DNA of 64,000 bases from the human T2T-CHM13v2.0 reference genome, Homo sapiens. Location: NCBI RefSeq assembly GCF_009914755.1, contig NC_060928.1, one strand, 5' to 3'. A program made the translations under genes and the position numbers. This document shows, in pieces, positions 1-15,056 of this stretch. How positions within the stretch are numbered: the first letter of the stretch is position 1; each line of letters opens with the position of its first letter. The notes beneath the pieces are model-generated. The model was not told the DNA's origin, searched no databases, and saw only the letters and a list, made by a program, of their open reading frames with translations.

Positions 1-412
1 GCATATGGATCTCTTGAGAGCAATTAGTTTTTGTTTAATGTTCTTTTAAAATAGATGAAGCCAATATTGCAAGTGTTAAAGGAACACAGACAATTGTAGT
101 TGAATTTCTGTTAAGATTATTTTTTCTAATTAATTAGTCTTTGCATTTTTTTAAAATGTCAGCTGATATTTTTCTATTTATTTCTGTTTAAGTACTTCTT
201 GTGCTTTCCACATGAAAACTATAAGGTGTTTGGACTTCTCATTAAGCATATACATGAAACATGTAATTGCCTTAGAGTTTTCACCTAATGATCTAAAAAA
301 ACAAATGGAGGAAGATTAAAATATTTTGAGTAGACATAAAAACCACACAGTCTTGATGCTTAAAAACATGATTTGCAGGCATAGCTTACAGTATTTTTCT
401 TTTTAAATTTAG

Positions 413-507
413 CAATTCATGATGACCAATAAACTGGACACGGCAATGTGGCTTTCTCGCTTGTTCACAGTTTACTGCTCTGCTCTGTTTGTTCTGCCTC
501 TTCTTGG
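413..507 (+). CDS. TMEM33: TMEM33 coding exon 2 (QFMMTNKLDTAMW...LPLL-G); exon 1 lies upstream of the window
   Basis: tttag| acceptor at 411-412; 95 nt translating to TMEM33 sequence; GG|gtatgt donor; phase joins exon 3. Confidence 0.95.
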
Positions 508-1006
508 GTATGTATTATACATATTGCTGCCTTTGATATTCAATTGTTGAGTCAGTTTATATGGAGTGCCTTTTAGGTGTAAGACTTATTAACCTGTAAA
601 GGGTTTAGGGACAAATAAAATACAAGTTCCAGCCTTCAGGTACTAACAACCTAATAACATTATCAGAGGAATATTTTATATCTTGTGCTTTGTGAAACTA
701 ACACATTGAAAATCCAAGGAAAAATTGATGTGTGGGAATGAGATAAGTTCATGTTTTTTTCATTTTTACTTATTACTTGACAGGAAGGTCCTGCTTTATA
801 AAATTCAATTTTATAAATTGATTATAAGAAATTCAGTTGGGCATATATATGAAGTGAAGCTATTAAAACGGTAGAATAAGTTCATGTAATTTTTTTCTAT
901 TGACAAGTGATTTAGGTGTTGTGCAATTATGATGCAATTCACAAAGGAGGAAGAGACACTGCAGTTGTTTATGTCTCATGATAACCTCTCCTCTGGTAAT
1001 TTGCAG

Positions 1007-1194
1007 GTTGCATGAAGCAGCAAGCTTTTACCAACGTGCTTTGCTGGCAAATGCTCTTACCAGTGCTCTGAGGCTGCATCAAAGATTACCACACTTCCAG
1101 TTAAGCAGAGCATTCCTGGCCCAGGCTTTGTTAGAGGACAGCTGCCACTACCTGTTGTATTCACTCATCTTTGTAAATTCCTATCCAGTTACAA
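1007..1194 (+). CDS. TMEM33: TMEM33 coding exon 3 (LHEAASFYQR...NSYPVT)
   Basis: ttgcag| acceptor; 188 nt; followed by U12-type donor GTATCCTTT; core of ORF 978..1235. Confidence 0.96.
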
Positions 1195-1854
1195 GTATCC
1201 TTTTCTACCTTGTTAACAATGAAATTGCCAACTAAGCATATAGGAGATCTCTTCTGATTATTTCAGCAATGAAGGCATTCCATGAAGCCTGGGTTTGTTC
1301 TCGGCACTTCATTTGAATGAAGATATGTTTAGTGTAAGAATTTCTGACTTTAAAATGTGAAATCTAAACTTTGAAGAGCTGATTTAGGAATTTTAAACTA
1401 TCTTTGTTCTTGCCTCTTGTAAGCTTCCCTATTAGAATGGATATTTTCAAATTCCCCTTCGAAGCACAACCTTACGCAGAACTTACTTTAATATTTACAT
1501 TTTTTTCATTTAATTCACGTTTTTGGCAAAGTGTCCAGATGTCTTGCTTTAAAAAAGAGAGGTCCTCAGCTCTTTCCATCTTAACCCCAGTGAACTAGAT
1601 ACAAATGGAATTTAACCAAGAAACAACTTATTTAAGCAGGTAATGAGATAATCAATACAAAGAAATTAATATTTGCTGTGTATAGAGTAGAAAATAAGGA
1701 CACACATGGATAATCCGTGAAGCTAATGAGAAATAATTCATTTGGAATTTGTATGTTTTCACATTTCAAAGGTGTGTTGTGGGATGATACTGGGTAGTCC
1801 ATAAAGGAGGGGAAAAATGGGGAAGAGGTTCTATAGTGAACACTAGGTTAAACT

Positions 1855-1969
1855 TTCTTTTTTTTTTTTTTTTTTTTTTTTTGAGACAGAGTCTTGCTCT
1901 GTTGCCCAGGCCACCTGCCTCTGCCTCCCAAAGTGCTGGGATTATAGGCGTGAGCCATCACGCCCAGCC
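1855..1969 (-). mobile_element. Internally deleted Alu
   Basis: polyT + Alu 3' end joined directly to Alu 5' end; flanks aggttaaac / aggtcaaac. Confidence 0.85.
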
Positions 1970-2344
1970 AGGTCAAACATTTTTAAATAGGGTTCTTTAC
2001 TATAGTGGCTTTGGTATTCTAACGTGTGTTGTGAAACTAAGAGAGTTAGTAGGGTTTTTTAAACTTAAATTTGTGGTTGTTTTTTTTCCTGTAGATTATC
2101 TCTGCAAATCATTTTGTGCATTGAGAAGTGCTGGTCTAAGAGCTTTTGAATATTTATGATACATCTGTATGTTATGTAAAGCACAATAAAATATTCCTCT
2201 GAGACTGAATATTACCTATTTAGATACCTATGCTCATGAAGTATCAAATTTTTAAATAGATTTTTATAAGTCTTAAGGAAAAGAAATAGGAGGAAACCGA
2301 AATTTCCTGAGCACCTATTTTGCCAGTATAAGAACTTGAATTTA

Positions 2345-2642
2345 GGCCAGGCGCGGTGGCTCACGTGCGGTGGCACTTTGGGAGGCTGAGGTGGGCGGAT
2401 CATGAGGTCAGGAGATTGAGACCATCCTGGCTAATATGGCGAAACCCCATCTCTACTAAAAATACAAAAAATTAGCTGGGCATGGTGGCATGTGCCTGTA
2501 GTCCCAGCTGCTCGGGAGGCTGAGGCAGGAGAATCGTTTGAACCCTGGAGTGGAGGTTGCAGTGAACTGAGATTGTGCCACTGCACTCTAGCCTGGGCGA
2601 CAGAGCGAGACTCCTTCTCAAAAAAAAAAAAAAAAAAAAAAA
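2345..2642 (+). mobile_element. AluS
   Basis: Full dimer, A tail, TSD aagaacttga(c)attta. Confidence 0.92.
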
Positions 2643-3769
2643 GAACTTGACATTTAATCTTTGTAGCACTCTGAAAAAAATTGTTGTGGTATATTTTTAA
2701 TAAAGATGCTGATTTGCTGATTGTCAGTATTCACTTCCCACACATTGGCTAGTAAGTAGTAATGCTGAAAAAGTCTTTCTAACTTAAAAGCTCTACCTTA
2801 TCTACAGTTAGTGGGTGAGTAATACTTAAGTATACATTAAAAATATTTCTTTCTGTATGTGGGTAAACCTGGTAATTTCATTTAAATATTCAGTATATGG
2901 AGATTCCCTTTAAATTACTCACTTCACTGAGATAATGTGGGTAGTTTGAAATGTAAGGATAAAATTTTTCCTGTTTCAATGCATGAGTCTGTAATGTCCC
3001 ATCATAATTTGTATTGGTTTATTTTTAGGTAAAACTCATTAAATGATTACTATACTACAACTGTAAATGATAATCACATTTGTTTGGCATATTATTGGCT
3101 TGACCAGCCTCTGTTGATTGAAGTGCTTTGCAGTCACCAATGTTAAAATTCTAGCCTTTCTGAGCTATAACGGGAAGTTATGTAGAGATTTTTGGTCATG
3201 CCTTTTAGTAGCTTAAAATTTCTTTGGAGGGAGAAATAGAAATGACAGAAAATGTGTTTCAATGTAGGGTAAACTGAATACGTCAATAACTTTGGGAACA
3301 GTGCCTCACACAGATCAGGCACTCAGTAAGTTTTGTTGAGTGAATCCTGAGGTCTTGCCAAATGAGACTCATGACTGGTGAAGAAAACCTTTCTGCCTTT
3401 TTATACAGTTGGTTATTTGGTAGCCCCTCTTTCCTGGGAATGTTGAAGATTAAGGATTTCATATTCCTTAAATTCTTACAAAGGGAATGTAGTAAACAGT
3501 GGGAATAACATAAACTAGTAATTGGCAGCAAATGCTAATCTGATTATTAAAGTGATATGGTAATAAATAAAAGCGGGCCCAAAGTAATATTACAGATTTG
3601 CGTTCTGATCCTTCTTCTTATAAAAGTGATATTTTGTCCTTGCTTGATTAATAACAGATAGGGCATTTCACCTCTTATCTTTTCTAAATACATTGTATTA
3701 ATAGTTTAAGAGTAATGTTGAAGACTAAGATTATGAATCTCTTACCAAGGATTTGTGAACTATAGAATG

Positions 3770-3940
3770 TTAGACATAAAAGACTCATTGGCAGTTTCTA
3801 GCTTTGATCTCTGCATACTCATTTGCCAGAGCATGAAACTTGACCTAGGAAAATTAGGTTAGTGACAGAGTCAGGAGTGGAACTCAGGTATCTTGACTCC
3901 CAATTCAGGGCTCTATTTTCACTACCTGACACTGCCCCTT
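3770..3940 (-). mobile_element. MIR fragment
   Basis: ttagtgacagagtcaggagtggaactcaggtatcttgactcc resembles the MIR core. Confidence 0.55.
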
Positions 3941-5026
3941 TTATTGAATTCAGTCTGGATATGTGTCAAAGTTTAAATTGAATTCTTTAAGGATCGACAG
4001 AGTTTTATAGTGACTTTTGGAGAGGGTTGTAGCTTCCATCAGTTTCAAAGTAGTCTATGATTCATTAAAAAATTTAAAACTTTTTATATACATATATGAT
4101 CTCTACTTAGGAAATGGACATTTTTCTTAATTCTTGTTAGAGGTGGGAATGAGTTGGTCAGGATATTAATTTGGAGAACTATATTAGGGAGTTAGGGTTC
4201 TTCTAATACTTGGATATAGGTTGGTGTCTTGCTTGTCAATTGGAAACTGGGACCCTTGAATTCCTAAATGAGTTATGGTTATAATGAATTTGATACTCAG
4301 ATTATGTTACAGCAATCACTATTTCCTGTCATATTAGGCCTTCAGTTAGTATAGAAAAATACAATGGTTCATTTCTTAGGAACTGGTAATATTTTTAGGA
4401 CAAGTATTTTTGCCATTTGTGATTGACTAACAGTCTATATCATTTTGTGGAACTACTTGACAATTTTTTTTTTTTAATCAACCTGGCAGAAATTGGGGTG
4501 GAGAATGGGGTCTTTTGAACAATTTCCATTTTTCAAAAAGTTGAATGAAAAATGTATGTTTATCCATGGCATAAAGCCAAACAGTTGGACTCAAAAGGAT
4601 TCTTTCCTTATGTCTGTAATTAAGCTGATGAGAGTTTCAATTGACTATATACAAAGCAAAATACATACTGCCTTGTTAATTTTTACAAATTGAGAGCATA
4701 ACTGTGACAACTTGTTAGGTATAGTATCTCAAAATAATGGAGTCCTTGTAGGAAAGAAGTAATAAAAGATCTTTAGTCTTTGGGACTAAAAATTTGGGAA
4801 TTACTCTTTAAACTGTTACCTTAGACTCTTTCCTCAGCGTTTGAGATTGTGAAAGCACTGTAAAACTACTGTGTTTGAAGGCTAAGTTAGAGTGACCAAG
4901 AAAGCCGTTGTAGGGTTAGAAGCTATACTTACAACCCTTTGGGGTGGCCTAGATTTCAGTTTAATTTAGCAAGTGTTTACATTGTTACCCAGTAGAAATG
5001 AAGGAAAAACCTTTTTTTCACTATTA

Positions 5027-5349
<323 letters not shown>

Positions 5350-5558
5350 GAACTGTGAATTTTAGAAAATGAAATAGTTTACTTTCTTCTTTATACTGAA
5401 CAAAATTTGATTTGGCTTAAAGTGTATCAGTAAAACAAGCCATTCCACTGAACTCATTTTAGCAGATGTTTCACATCTGTATATTTGGACATAATACATA
5501 GTCTGTTTTGCAGAATACTTGATGACTTTTAAATGTTTTCCTTAATTGTTTTCTTTAG

Positions 5559-5626
5559 TGAGTATCTTCCCAGTCTTGTTATTCTCTTTGCTTCATGCTG
5601 CCACATATACGAAAAAGGTCCTTGAC
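5559..5626 (+). CDS. TMEM33: TMEM33 coding exon 4 (M-SIFPVLL...KKVLD)
   Basis: 68 nt; A|TG split codon with exon 3; GAC|gtaagt donor. Confidence 0.95.
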
Positions 5627-6604
5627 GTAAGTAAAACTGCTCTTTGTCTGACTTCTGAATTACAGATCATTGACATGAATTTGAGTTCTAAGACATTTTG
5701 GTATTTGTCACAAAAAGTCCCTCTATACCTTACAAACTTGTTATGAATTATTTAGTGATTTGAAAGTTTTAAGTTTAAAAGTGTTTATTGTTGAAGTTTC
5801 ACAAACTAGAACATTTTATAGATAAAGGATTGCACTTAAAATCACCCCCCAGTCTCCAGGGGAATTTTTCAAGTTTGAAATAGATCAGTTTTTTTGAAAC
5901 CTGTGTCTCTAAAGTTTGTTGAGTTGTCAGATCTCTTGTTCTGTCAGTGTTTAATTCTGGCATACCTGATAAGTTGAGTGTACTGAATGAATCTCTTGTA
6001 CACTAATTTTCAGAACTGCTGCTTTCCTGAAATTCTTTCTTATTGCTAGGTTGGAGCATTAAACCTAACTTGGCACCAGGCCATTTACAGCATATACTGA
6101 AATTTGAATTAAAATATCCAGGCACATTTACCAAGCACATTTACAGAAATTTGAATTAAAATAGCCAGATTTATGCTTTGTATTGGCCTTTTTCTTTATC
6201 CCTATAATTCTTTGGTCACAGCAGTAATTACACTGCTGTATAATTCTAACATTAGCTAAGAAAGGAGTCACAGATATTTTAACTGTATTACTGGATAGTC
6301 AGATTTTGTTGTGGTTAGAGAGAAATAACCACTATTTTTTGTTAAATAATCATTCTTGAGAAAAAGCAGCTAAGAATGAAAAGTACTTTTACTAAAGTTG
6401 TTTTTTATATTAAGTCTAAAAATGTAAAAAAGCAGGAAAATATACTATATTTGTCCTTAAATAGTTTGTGAACTTCGTACCATCATTTCCAAAGTAGTAT
6501 ATTTGGTTGTATTGCCTGTTGGATAGGCTGTTTACCTACAGAAAGAAAATATTGTTATCAGAAATGCTTCACTTATTTCTAATGTTGGTTTTCTTTTGTT
6601 TTAG

Positions 6605-6738
6605 GCAAGGGGCTCAAATAGTTTACCTCTGCTGAGATCTGTCTTGGACAAATTAAGTGCTAATCAACAAAATATTCTGAAATTCATTGCTTGCAATGAA
6701 ATATTCCTGATGCCTGCGACAGTTTTTATGCTTTTTAG
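6605..6738 (+). CDS. TMEM33: TMEM33 coding exon 5 (ARGSNSLPLL...TVFMLF-S)
   Basis: polypyrimidine tract + ttag| acceptor; 134 nt; AG|gtaagg donor. Confidence 0.95.
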
Positions 6739-7496
6739 GTAAGGAAAAATTATATTTGTTTTGGGAGGCTGATGACTGAACGTAATAAAGATAGTAACTC
6801 AAGTTTTATTCTGTTTAAATCTGTTGAAGGTAGGTATTGACATGTAGAGCTAAATGAATCTTAGCAGTTGCCTAATCTAACCTTTGTCATTTATAGTAGA
6901 GAACTTGAAATATAGTAGACCTAGGAATTTGTCTTATTCCTTGTGATTTATCATTTGACATTTTAAAAATTACTTTCATAGTTACCACCTTTGAAAGAAT
7001 CTTATGAAATCTAATCTAGTCCAGTCTGTCACTATTGAGATGATGTTTCTTACACTAGAGAAAAACTTTTAAAATTATGTTCTTATATTAATAGTGCCTA
7101 CTATCACCTTATTTTGTTTGTATCTTAATTATAGAAGTAATACATGAATAAAGAAAGCCATCCTTTTAAAAGTATGAACATTAAAATAGTATTGACCTCT
7201 GCATTGAAATTTTTGCATTACATTTTAAAACAATACACCTTGCTACCCAGATGATTGCTTTATCAATTTTTAGTTTTACAAGTAATGAGACATTACAGAT
7301 AAAAGCTAAAATAGCATTTGACTATATGAATTCTTGCTGCAATTTTGTCCTCTTCCCAAAGGTGTAAGGAGTTTAATATGTGTCTATGTATGTAGTCCTT
7401 TAAAAATACTTATACAAATTTGTAGAACATATATATTATGGATGTGGAGTTTTGTTTGTTAATTTGTTTAGTTCTTATTTTACATCAAAGATGTTA

Positions 7497-7823
<327 letters not shown>

Positions 7824-8732
7824 TTATTCTGTACCTTTTTCCCACTTGTATGTTTTCATAACCTAATTGATTTGGCATATCCAGTTCTGTTTTTTTTTTT
7901 TTTTTAGCCGTATAACATTCCAACTTATCTCCTGATCATGGAATATGTTTCCAAATTTTCAGTTTTCCAAATATTGATGCAGTAAATATTTTTTACCTGC
8001 TTATACTTAATGCCAGTGTTTTCTTTAACATAGATACCAGAATTGATTTTGCTAGTACAAGCTAGGTGCCTTTTGTGTTTAATGGACCATGCTAAATTGT
8101 TCTTTAAAATGTCTGTATTACCTGTTTTTCATAATTTTGTTAGTTTGTAACAAATGTCCTTATTGATCATATAGTTATATTTTATAATTTTAAATGTACC
8201 TTGCCTTGATTAACTAGTAAAGTTTTCATGTACTTGACAGTTACTTCTTTCTATAGCAGTCTCTTCAAACTAAGAACAGAGTTTTATAGATTTCCTTATA
8301 AATATATATCTGTTTCATTCTTTTAAGTAGTGCTTTCTTCTGAGAACTCCAGGACTGGCTGGTGTTGCTTAAGTTGTATGGTCCCAACTAGATTTGATGC
8401 AGTTGTATTTGTAAATTAACTCTAAAACCTTGACCCTAAAATTTAATAAAAGCATCCTCTTATCCTAGAAGCTGAAAGCATATAAAAGAAAAGGGTAATG
8501 TAATCTGGGACAGCAGAAAAAGGGACAACATCAACATTCTAATATTTTTTCCATCATTTATAGGTTTTTCTTTCCACCTCTTTCTTTTGTGATCCTGATC
8601 TACACTTAGAAACTTTAATTATTAATTAGTAAGAGGAACTTTTTGCTCCCTTTTGTTATTCATTTTTCTCGGGTTTTTGTGTCACTTAATCCTGCTTTTG
8701 GGTCAGGATCACAGGTTCTGTGATTTGTTTCA

Positions 8733-9163
<431 letters not shown>

Positions 9164-11113
9164 TTAAATCAGATTAAAATAATTTTAATGAAATTCTGAG
9201 ATGCCATGCAAACTTAGACAAAAACTTCACTTTGGAACTATAGTGAATTTTTTGTTAGGAGCACCAGGTTTTGACTGCGTTGGTACATTAATTCAATTGT
9301 GCTCCTTAAATGTTTAATTTAAACATTTATTTGTACAAACTTACCATCTTAATTTTTAAGATTACTGTAAAAAAGATGAGAATTTACCAGAAATGTTTAA
9401 ATAGAGAAATAATTTTGTTTGAAAAATTAAAATCAGCTTATAAAGTGGTACTTAATTCCTATTAGGAAAAGCTGTTAATGCCTTAAGTAGGTAGTTTGAA
9501 TATGACCTAAACAATAAAATTAAGAACAGTCTTACATTACTGCTATTCTTAATATGCTACCCTTTCTGGTATACACACAGTCTAATATTAGGAGGCTTTA
9601 TCAAGTTACATTTGTGCCAGTAATGCTTCAAGCTCTGTATTTAAAAATTGATGCATTGTCTGAGTTTATCTTACACATGCGTTGCACATGTGTGCAAAGA
9701 CAGGTAAAAGGATCATTGTGGCTTTTCTTCTAATTGACTGGAGCCACCCAAATATTCATTAGTACGGAGTTTGTTACATAATAGTCCAAGCATTAGATGG
9801 TATATTTGAAGCTGTAAAAAAGATTGCGGTAATTTATGTGTTGTGATATGGGATAATCACCAAGATATAATAAGTTAAACTTAGTTGTGTAGGGTGTTCT
9901 CCATTTATATTTAGTGGGGTGTATGTGTGTAAGGACATAGACGTTTCTGTCTCAGTTTTTTGGGAATGATAAACCATCTCTGTCCTAGAGTTGTTAAACA
10001 GATTTAGTGAATTATAAAGTGAGCACTATCAATGTTAGTCATTATATACACTTGTATATATACATTTCTGGAAGGACATATTCGAGATTGTGGTATAAGT
10101 TTGAGGAAGGGGCTAACTTGGATGATGGGAAACTTGTTTTTTAAGTGAATATTTTCTATTTATATTTTCTATGTTGTGTCTCTTACATTTTCACTTTAAA
10201 AAGATAAAAATTTGTCAAATTATTAGGGAAAATGGATGTTGCATTTGTTTAGTGGTAAGTTCGTAATCGTGTAAATTTTTTTTAATGAAAATGATACAAT
10301 TTAGAAGAAAAGGCTAAAAAACCTAATAAAACACATTTGGCATCTTAATATATTTCTTCCAATTTAAAAAAATACAATTGTAATAATATGTGTAGTTTTA
10401 TATTCTGCTTTTTTCAGAGTTGCTATGTAATTTTCATAACCAAGATTCTAGGTAGTTGCATATTAAATCCATTAAATAACCATAATATAAGTTGTTCAAT
10501 TCTACTTCCTTACAGTTCACATTAGGTTGTTGCCACATTTTGTTTGTAGTTATTTCAGTGAATGTCTTAATTCAGATAGTTTTTCTTAGGGAAGAATTCC
10601 AGACCTGGTATTTCATAAACATATATATAATTCTTGGGATATTGTAATTGTGTTTTTTAACCAAGAACAATAATTAGTATAGGCTGTTTAGATTTACTGA
10701 TGAGCCAGTGTAATTTTTTTGGTGGAGGGGAGTGTTTGTTTCTTTTTATATATATAAAATAAGTCACTTTTCATTTGCATATTTTATGAAGCTTTACAAC
10801 TTGATTTCATCAATTAGTAATTACGGAATTATTTAACATTTTCTGATTTATTTAGTATTTTAAAAAATTTCAAAAGTAATACAGATAAGAATACATTTAT
10901 AAAAAAATTAAACAACATTTTACTCTTTACCAATCATGTACATTCTTTTATATCCTTTTTTAAGGATAACTTGGATTTAGACATGATAGATTTCACTATG
11001 ACCATTTGATGAATGAAGATACACATATTCTCCAGTTGAATTGCTTTTAAGTTTTGAGAGTATACACATGAATTGAAATGTATATTTATCACGCTTGTAT
11101 TTGTTTATTTCAG

Positions 11114-11197
11114 TGGTCAAGGAAGTTTGCTCCAACCTTTTATATACTATAGATTTCTTACCCTTCGATATTCGTCTCGAAGAAACCCATATTGTCG
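11114..11197 (+). CDS. TMEM33: TMEM33 coding exon 6 (GQGSLLQPFIYYRFLTLRYSSRRNPYC-R)
   Basis: tttcag| acceptor; 84 nt; CG|gtaagc donor; frame consistent. Confidence 0.95.
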
Positions 11198-12997
11198 GTA
11201 AGCTGATGATTATTTTAGGCATGTTTTATTTGTTGAGAGTATTGTGAATATATAGTATTCGCAATTCTTAAGAGTTACTTAGCTAATGTGTTAGACTTTA
11301 GAAGCAAGCAGTGTTTTTGTAAATTTAAGTTCTAGGCCTTAGAATGTACTGGGGTTGGTGAGGAAGTGGTTGTATTTGTTCTTAGAAACTGAGACTGCAG
11401 TTATCTACGCCACCTCTAAAGCACTGCTAAAACTTAGCAAATTTTAAAATGTATAAGACATAGATTCCACTCTCAACTTTCCTAGTTGAAGAAACAAAAC
11501 ACGTGTCAATTAGATAAACAATGGTTAGGATACAGAATTCACAAGCCAATAGATAATGAATGCCATATGTTTGCTTTATTATATCAGTACTGCAGTCCAC
11601 AGAAGGGAGAGATCATTGGGCCAGAAGATAGATGAGCCCAGGAAGGTTTCACAAAATTGAGATTGTGGGAGGAGTAAAGCTTTTGAATAGGGAAAAGCAT
11701 TTTAGGTGGGGCAAGAGAGACGAGAAGCACAAGCCATATTTGAGGAACTTTATGTAGAGCTGTTTTGACTCTAATGGAGATTCTGAATGGCTAATTGCTG
11801 GAGCTAAGATTAGAAAGGTATATTGGAGCTATATTATAAAACTTCTTGAGTTTTAGGGTAAGAAGTTTGGAATTTATCTTTTAGGTGAATGGGAATGATG
11901 GTTTTGACATCGTCAGAATATTCTTCTGATACCCTTGTGCCAGAAGAGTTTGAAGCAGAAAAATGGGGAAGCAGAGAAATTTTAGGGAATTACTGTAGTT
12001 TTCAGGAATGGAGGCTTAAATTAATATACACTAAATTATGCATTCTGATCTCAAGCATTGGAGTAAAACTAAAATGATACTCAAATACTAATATTAAGAT
12101 AATCTATTTTTAAGTTTAAAATAATGTAGAATTCAGCTAGAAATCCAATGAGTGCATTACAGCAATCTGTATATTTTCATAAGTACAGTAAAAAGAACTT
12201 GAATTTGAATGCTGGCCCATCATTAACTAGTTGTGTGACTAGGCAGGTTATTTATTTGGATTTCTTCATTGGTAGAGGAAATAACTCCTTCTGGGGGTGA
12301 AGCGAAGTAATATTTTAAAAGTACTTAGACTGTTATGTTCTTACTAGTTCATTTTCATTATTCTATGATCTGATTTTCTGTTCAGAGCGTTTTTATGCTC
12401 TATTAGACAATGTCTTTTTTATAATACTTTCTAAAATAGAACTTATTTTAGACATTCGTTCTTAGTGAGTCTCTAGTAGCAAATTAACATTCATTTTTAC
12501 TTGATTTCTTGAGTTTTAGCCTTTTTTCTTTCTGGTCCCTATATTCATTTCAGACATTATCTTATATTCTCTTGCCCTGACATCTGTTATTTTAATCAGC
12601 ATATTTGTTTTTCTGTGCTTCTTTGTGCCTCCTTCTCCATTCCCATTTTCTTCACATACCCTTAAATCATATTAGTACATCTAGAATTCAGTTTTCAGTG
12701 GACTGAAAAGGAAAGGATAGCAGTGAATCAAGATAACACAAATATGTGCTGGTAAACATCTTCAAAGCTGTCTTATAAGCACCCATTTTAACCAAACCAG
12801 TGGAAAGGTAATGGAAAATATTTCAGCTTGTAAATATTGATAAACAGGCTATAAAACTACATTTTCAGTACTACACTTTTTAATTAAAGGTTTTGAGACC
12901 ATCTCTATTCACAATTTGTACCATTTTCACCTACGATATTTATTCTCAAGTTGGTGGTTTCAGTTGTTTTTGGATCTCTAGTGCAGATTGTCTATAG

Positions 12998-13185
12998 CTG
13001 TGCTGTCCAGTACAGCACAGCAACCACATTTGACCTTTAAATAAAATTCATAAAACTTAGAACTTGGTTCCTTTTGAGCACAGTTCAGGTGGGTACTCAA
13101 AAGCCATGTGTTGCTGATGGCAACTGTGGGTCAGCACACATATGCAAAAATTTTGTCATTACTCAAAGTTCTGTTGTCAGTGCTA
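12998..13185 (-). mobile_element. MER3-like hAT-Charlie MITE
   Basis: ctgtgctgtccagtac...aaagttctgttgtcagtgct resembles the MER3 termini. Confidence 0.65.
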
Positions 13186-13285
13186 TTAAGGAACTCTCTG
13201 ACTGGTCCTTCAGCACAGATATGCAAAAATTTTATCATTGTTCAAAGTTCTGTTGTCCGTGCTGTTAAGGAACTCTGACTTGGTC
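13131..13285. repeat. Two-copy tandem duplication, ~79 bp period
   Basis: tcagcaca(c/g)atatgcaaaaatttt...aaggaactct at 13131 and 13210. Confidence 0.9.
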
Positions 13286-13479
13286 TGTGCCAGCGATGCA
13301 GCCAGTAATAAAAGAACTATGTGACTTTAGTGAAAGCGATTGACTTCATTAGTCCTCATGTCTTCTAGCTTTATTCATTTGACTGATTGGTTAAAACAGT
13401 GATTGTATGTTGATGAACTTATGTGGAATTAAAATATCTTCTTTCAGAGGTACTCACTGCTGAATAAATTAGACAGCTA

Positions 13480-14060
13480 TGTAAGTCAGTGTGATGATGA
13501 AGGTGCTCTGAAAGCATAGAGAACAGACAGAGACAAATAAGAATTCACTGAGGAGGTGGGAACATAAGCCAAGTCTTTTAAAGAATGAGCCTGAGTTCTG
13601 ACACATGGGTGCCTGAAAAGTGCTTAGCATACTTGAGCTCAGGAAGTATATAGAGAATTGATAAATATCTGTGTCCACAAAGGTAGATGGTAGAAAGGAC
13701 TAGATCATGAAAGGGTTTGGATTTTATTTTGAGGTAAGGAGAGCCTTTGAAGATTGTAACATAGAGAGGCTGGGAACCCCCATGATGAAATCTGATTTAG
13801 AAATATTCCAGAAAATGGATTGCAAGCTCAGCAAGAGAAGAAAAATATCAATTTGGAGACTATTAGAGTAGTCTAGAGCCTGAATTAATCCAGTGGTAAA
13901 AGGAAAAGGGGACAAATATGAAAGGTATTAGGAGATAGGATATTAGGGCTTGAGAGAAAAGAGTAAATTAAAGACCCACAGGTTTCTGGCTTGGAAGCCT
14001 AAGAGTTGTAATGGTGCTCTCACGAAGACAGGAGATACAGGAAGGGCAGGTTTTGGAAAA
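13480..14060 (-). mobile_element. L2 fragment
   Basis: Degenerate purine-rich L2-like sequence (ggagagcctttgaag, aggtttctggcttgga). Confidence 0.5.
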
Positions 14061-15056
14061 TTATGCATTACTCCAAATATTATTATTCCTGTCTTTCTGT
14101 GCAAGCATATTAAATACTTGTTTAGAAAAGTAGATTTGTTGCTTTTTTTCTAACCATAGAAGTAAAACAGGACACAAAAAGGTAGAATAGTAGTTGCATC
14201 TTTATACAGGATGAGTCAGCACATAAGGTGAAAATTGTGAATGGTTAAAATTACCCTTGATGATCCTTCATATCACTTATAAATGTCAGTACAGTATACA
14301 TGATTTTGTGTATACTAGCCTGTATAATATATGTGATATCTACAGTATGTAATAATACTTTGTAGGCAGTGAGCACAGTTAAGACATAGGCAAAGCCCAC
14401 ATGGTTTTGGGCACAAACATGCAACATAAGTTGATGATAGGAGCGAGGGCAGGGAGTGGCAGGAGATGGGGCAGAAAATTAGATTGAGACTAGATTGTGG
14501 AGGGTATTGGGTGTGACACCGAGTACTTGGGCTTTAGTCGGAAGGCATAAAAGAGTCATAGTTCAGTGTATTGATCCAACTGGGAAGTAACATTTATTGA
14601 GCATCTTCCATATTGCATTTAAATTTCACCACAACTCAGAATTATTTTACAGAAGAGGAAATCTCTGAGGGACAATATGTACATTTAAGGAAATAGTGGG
14701 TGAATAAATATAACTGTCCATGTTATATATTTTAAAATATATAAAAAACACTGTCCATGTAGTATATTTTTTCTTGTTCTGTTTTAAAAAACTAGTTGAA
14801 ATTGCCTAAGTTAAATGTGAAAATGATGTGACTCTAAAATATATATATATAATTTTTAAAATTTAATCTGAGGTTTTAGAGATAGCCATTTATTAAATAC
14901 CTTTGTTAAATGAGTGTTTCCACCCATAAAAGATGTAGGTGTTGTTTGAGAATTTCATTGTATTTTGTGTTTTCTCTACAATGCATTCTAGTTATTCTTT
15001 TACTTCAAATTCTAATGGCTATGGTAGATTCCTTCATGAGTATTTGTTTAGCATTA

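Noticed and set aside
6083-6168. Short local duplication gaaatttgaattaaaata in TMEM33 intron 4
   Set aside because: Small AT-rich slippage duplication with no sign of function
14723-14744. 22-bp perfect AT-only palindrome (also an AT palindrome at 46918-46949)
   Set aside because: Low-complexity TA-rich sequence, expected by slippage
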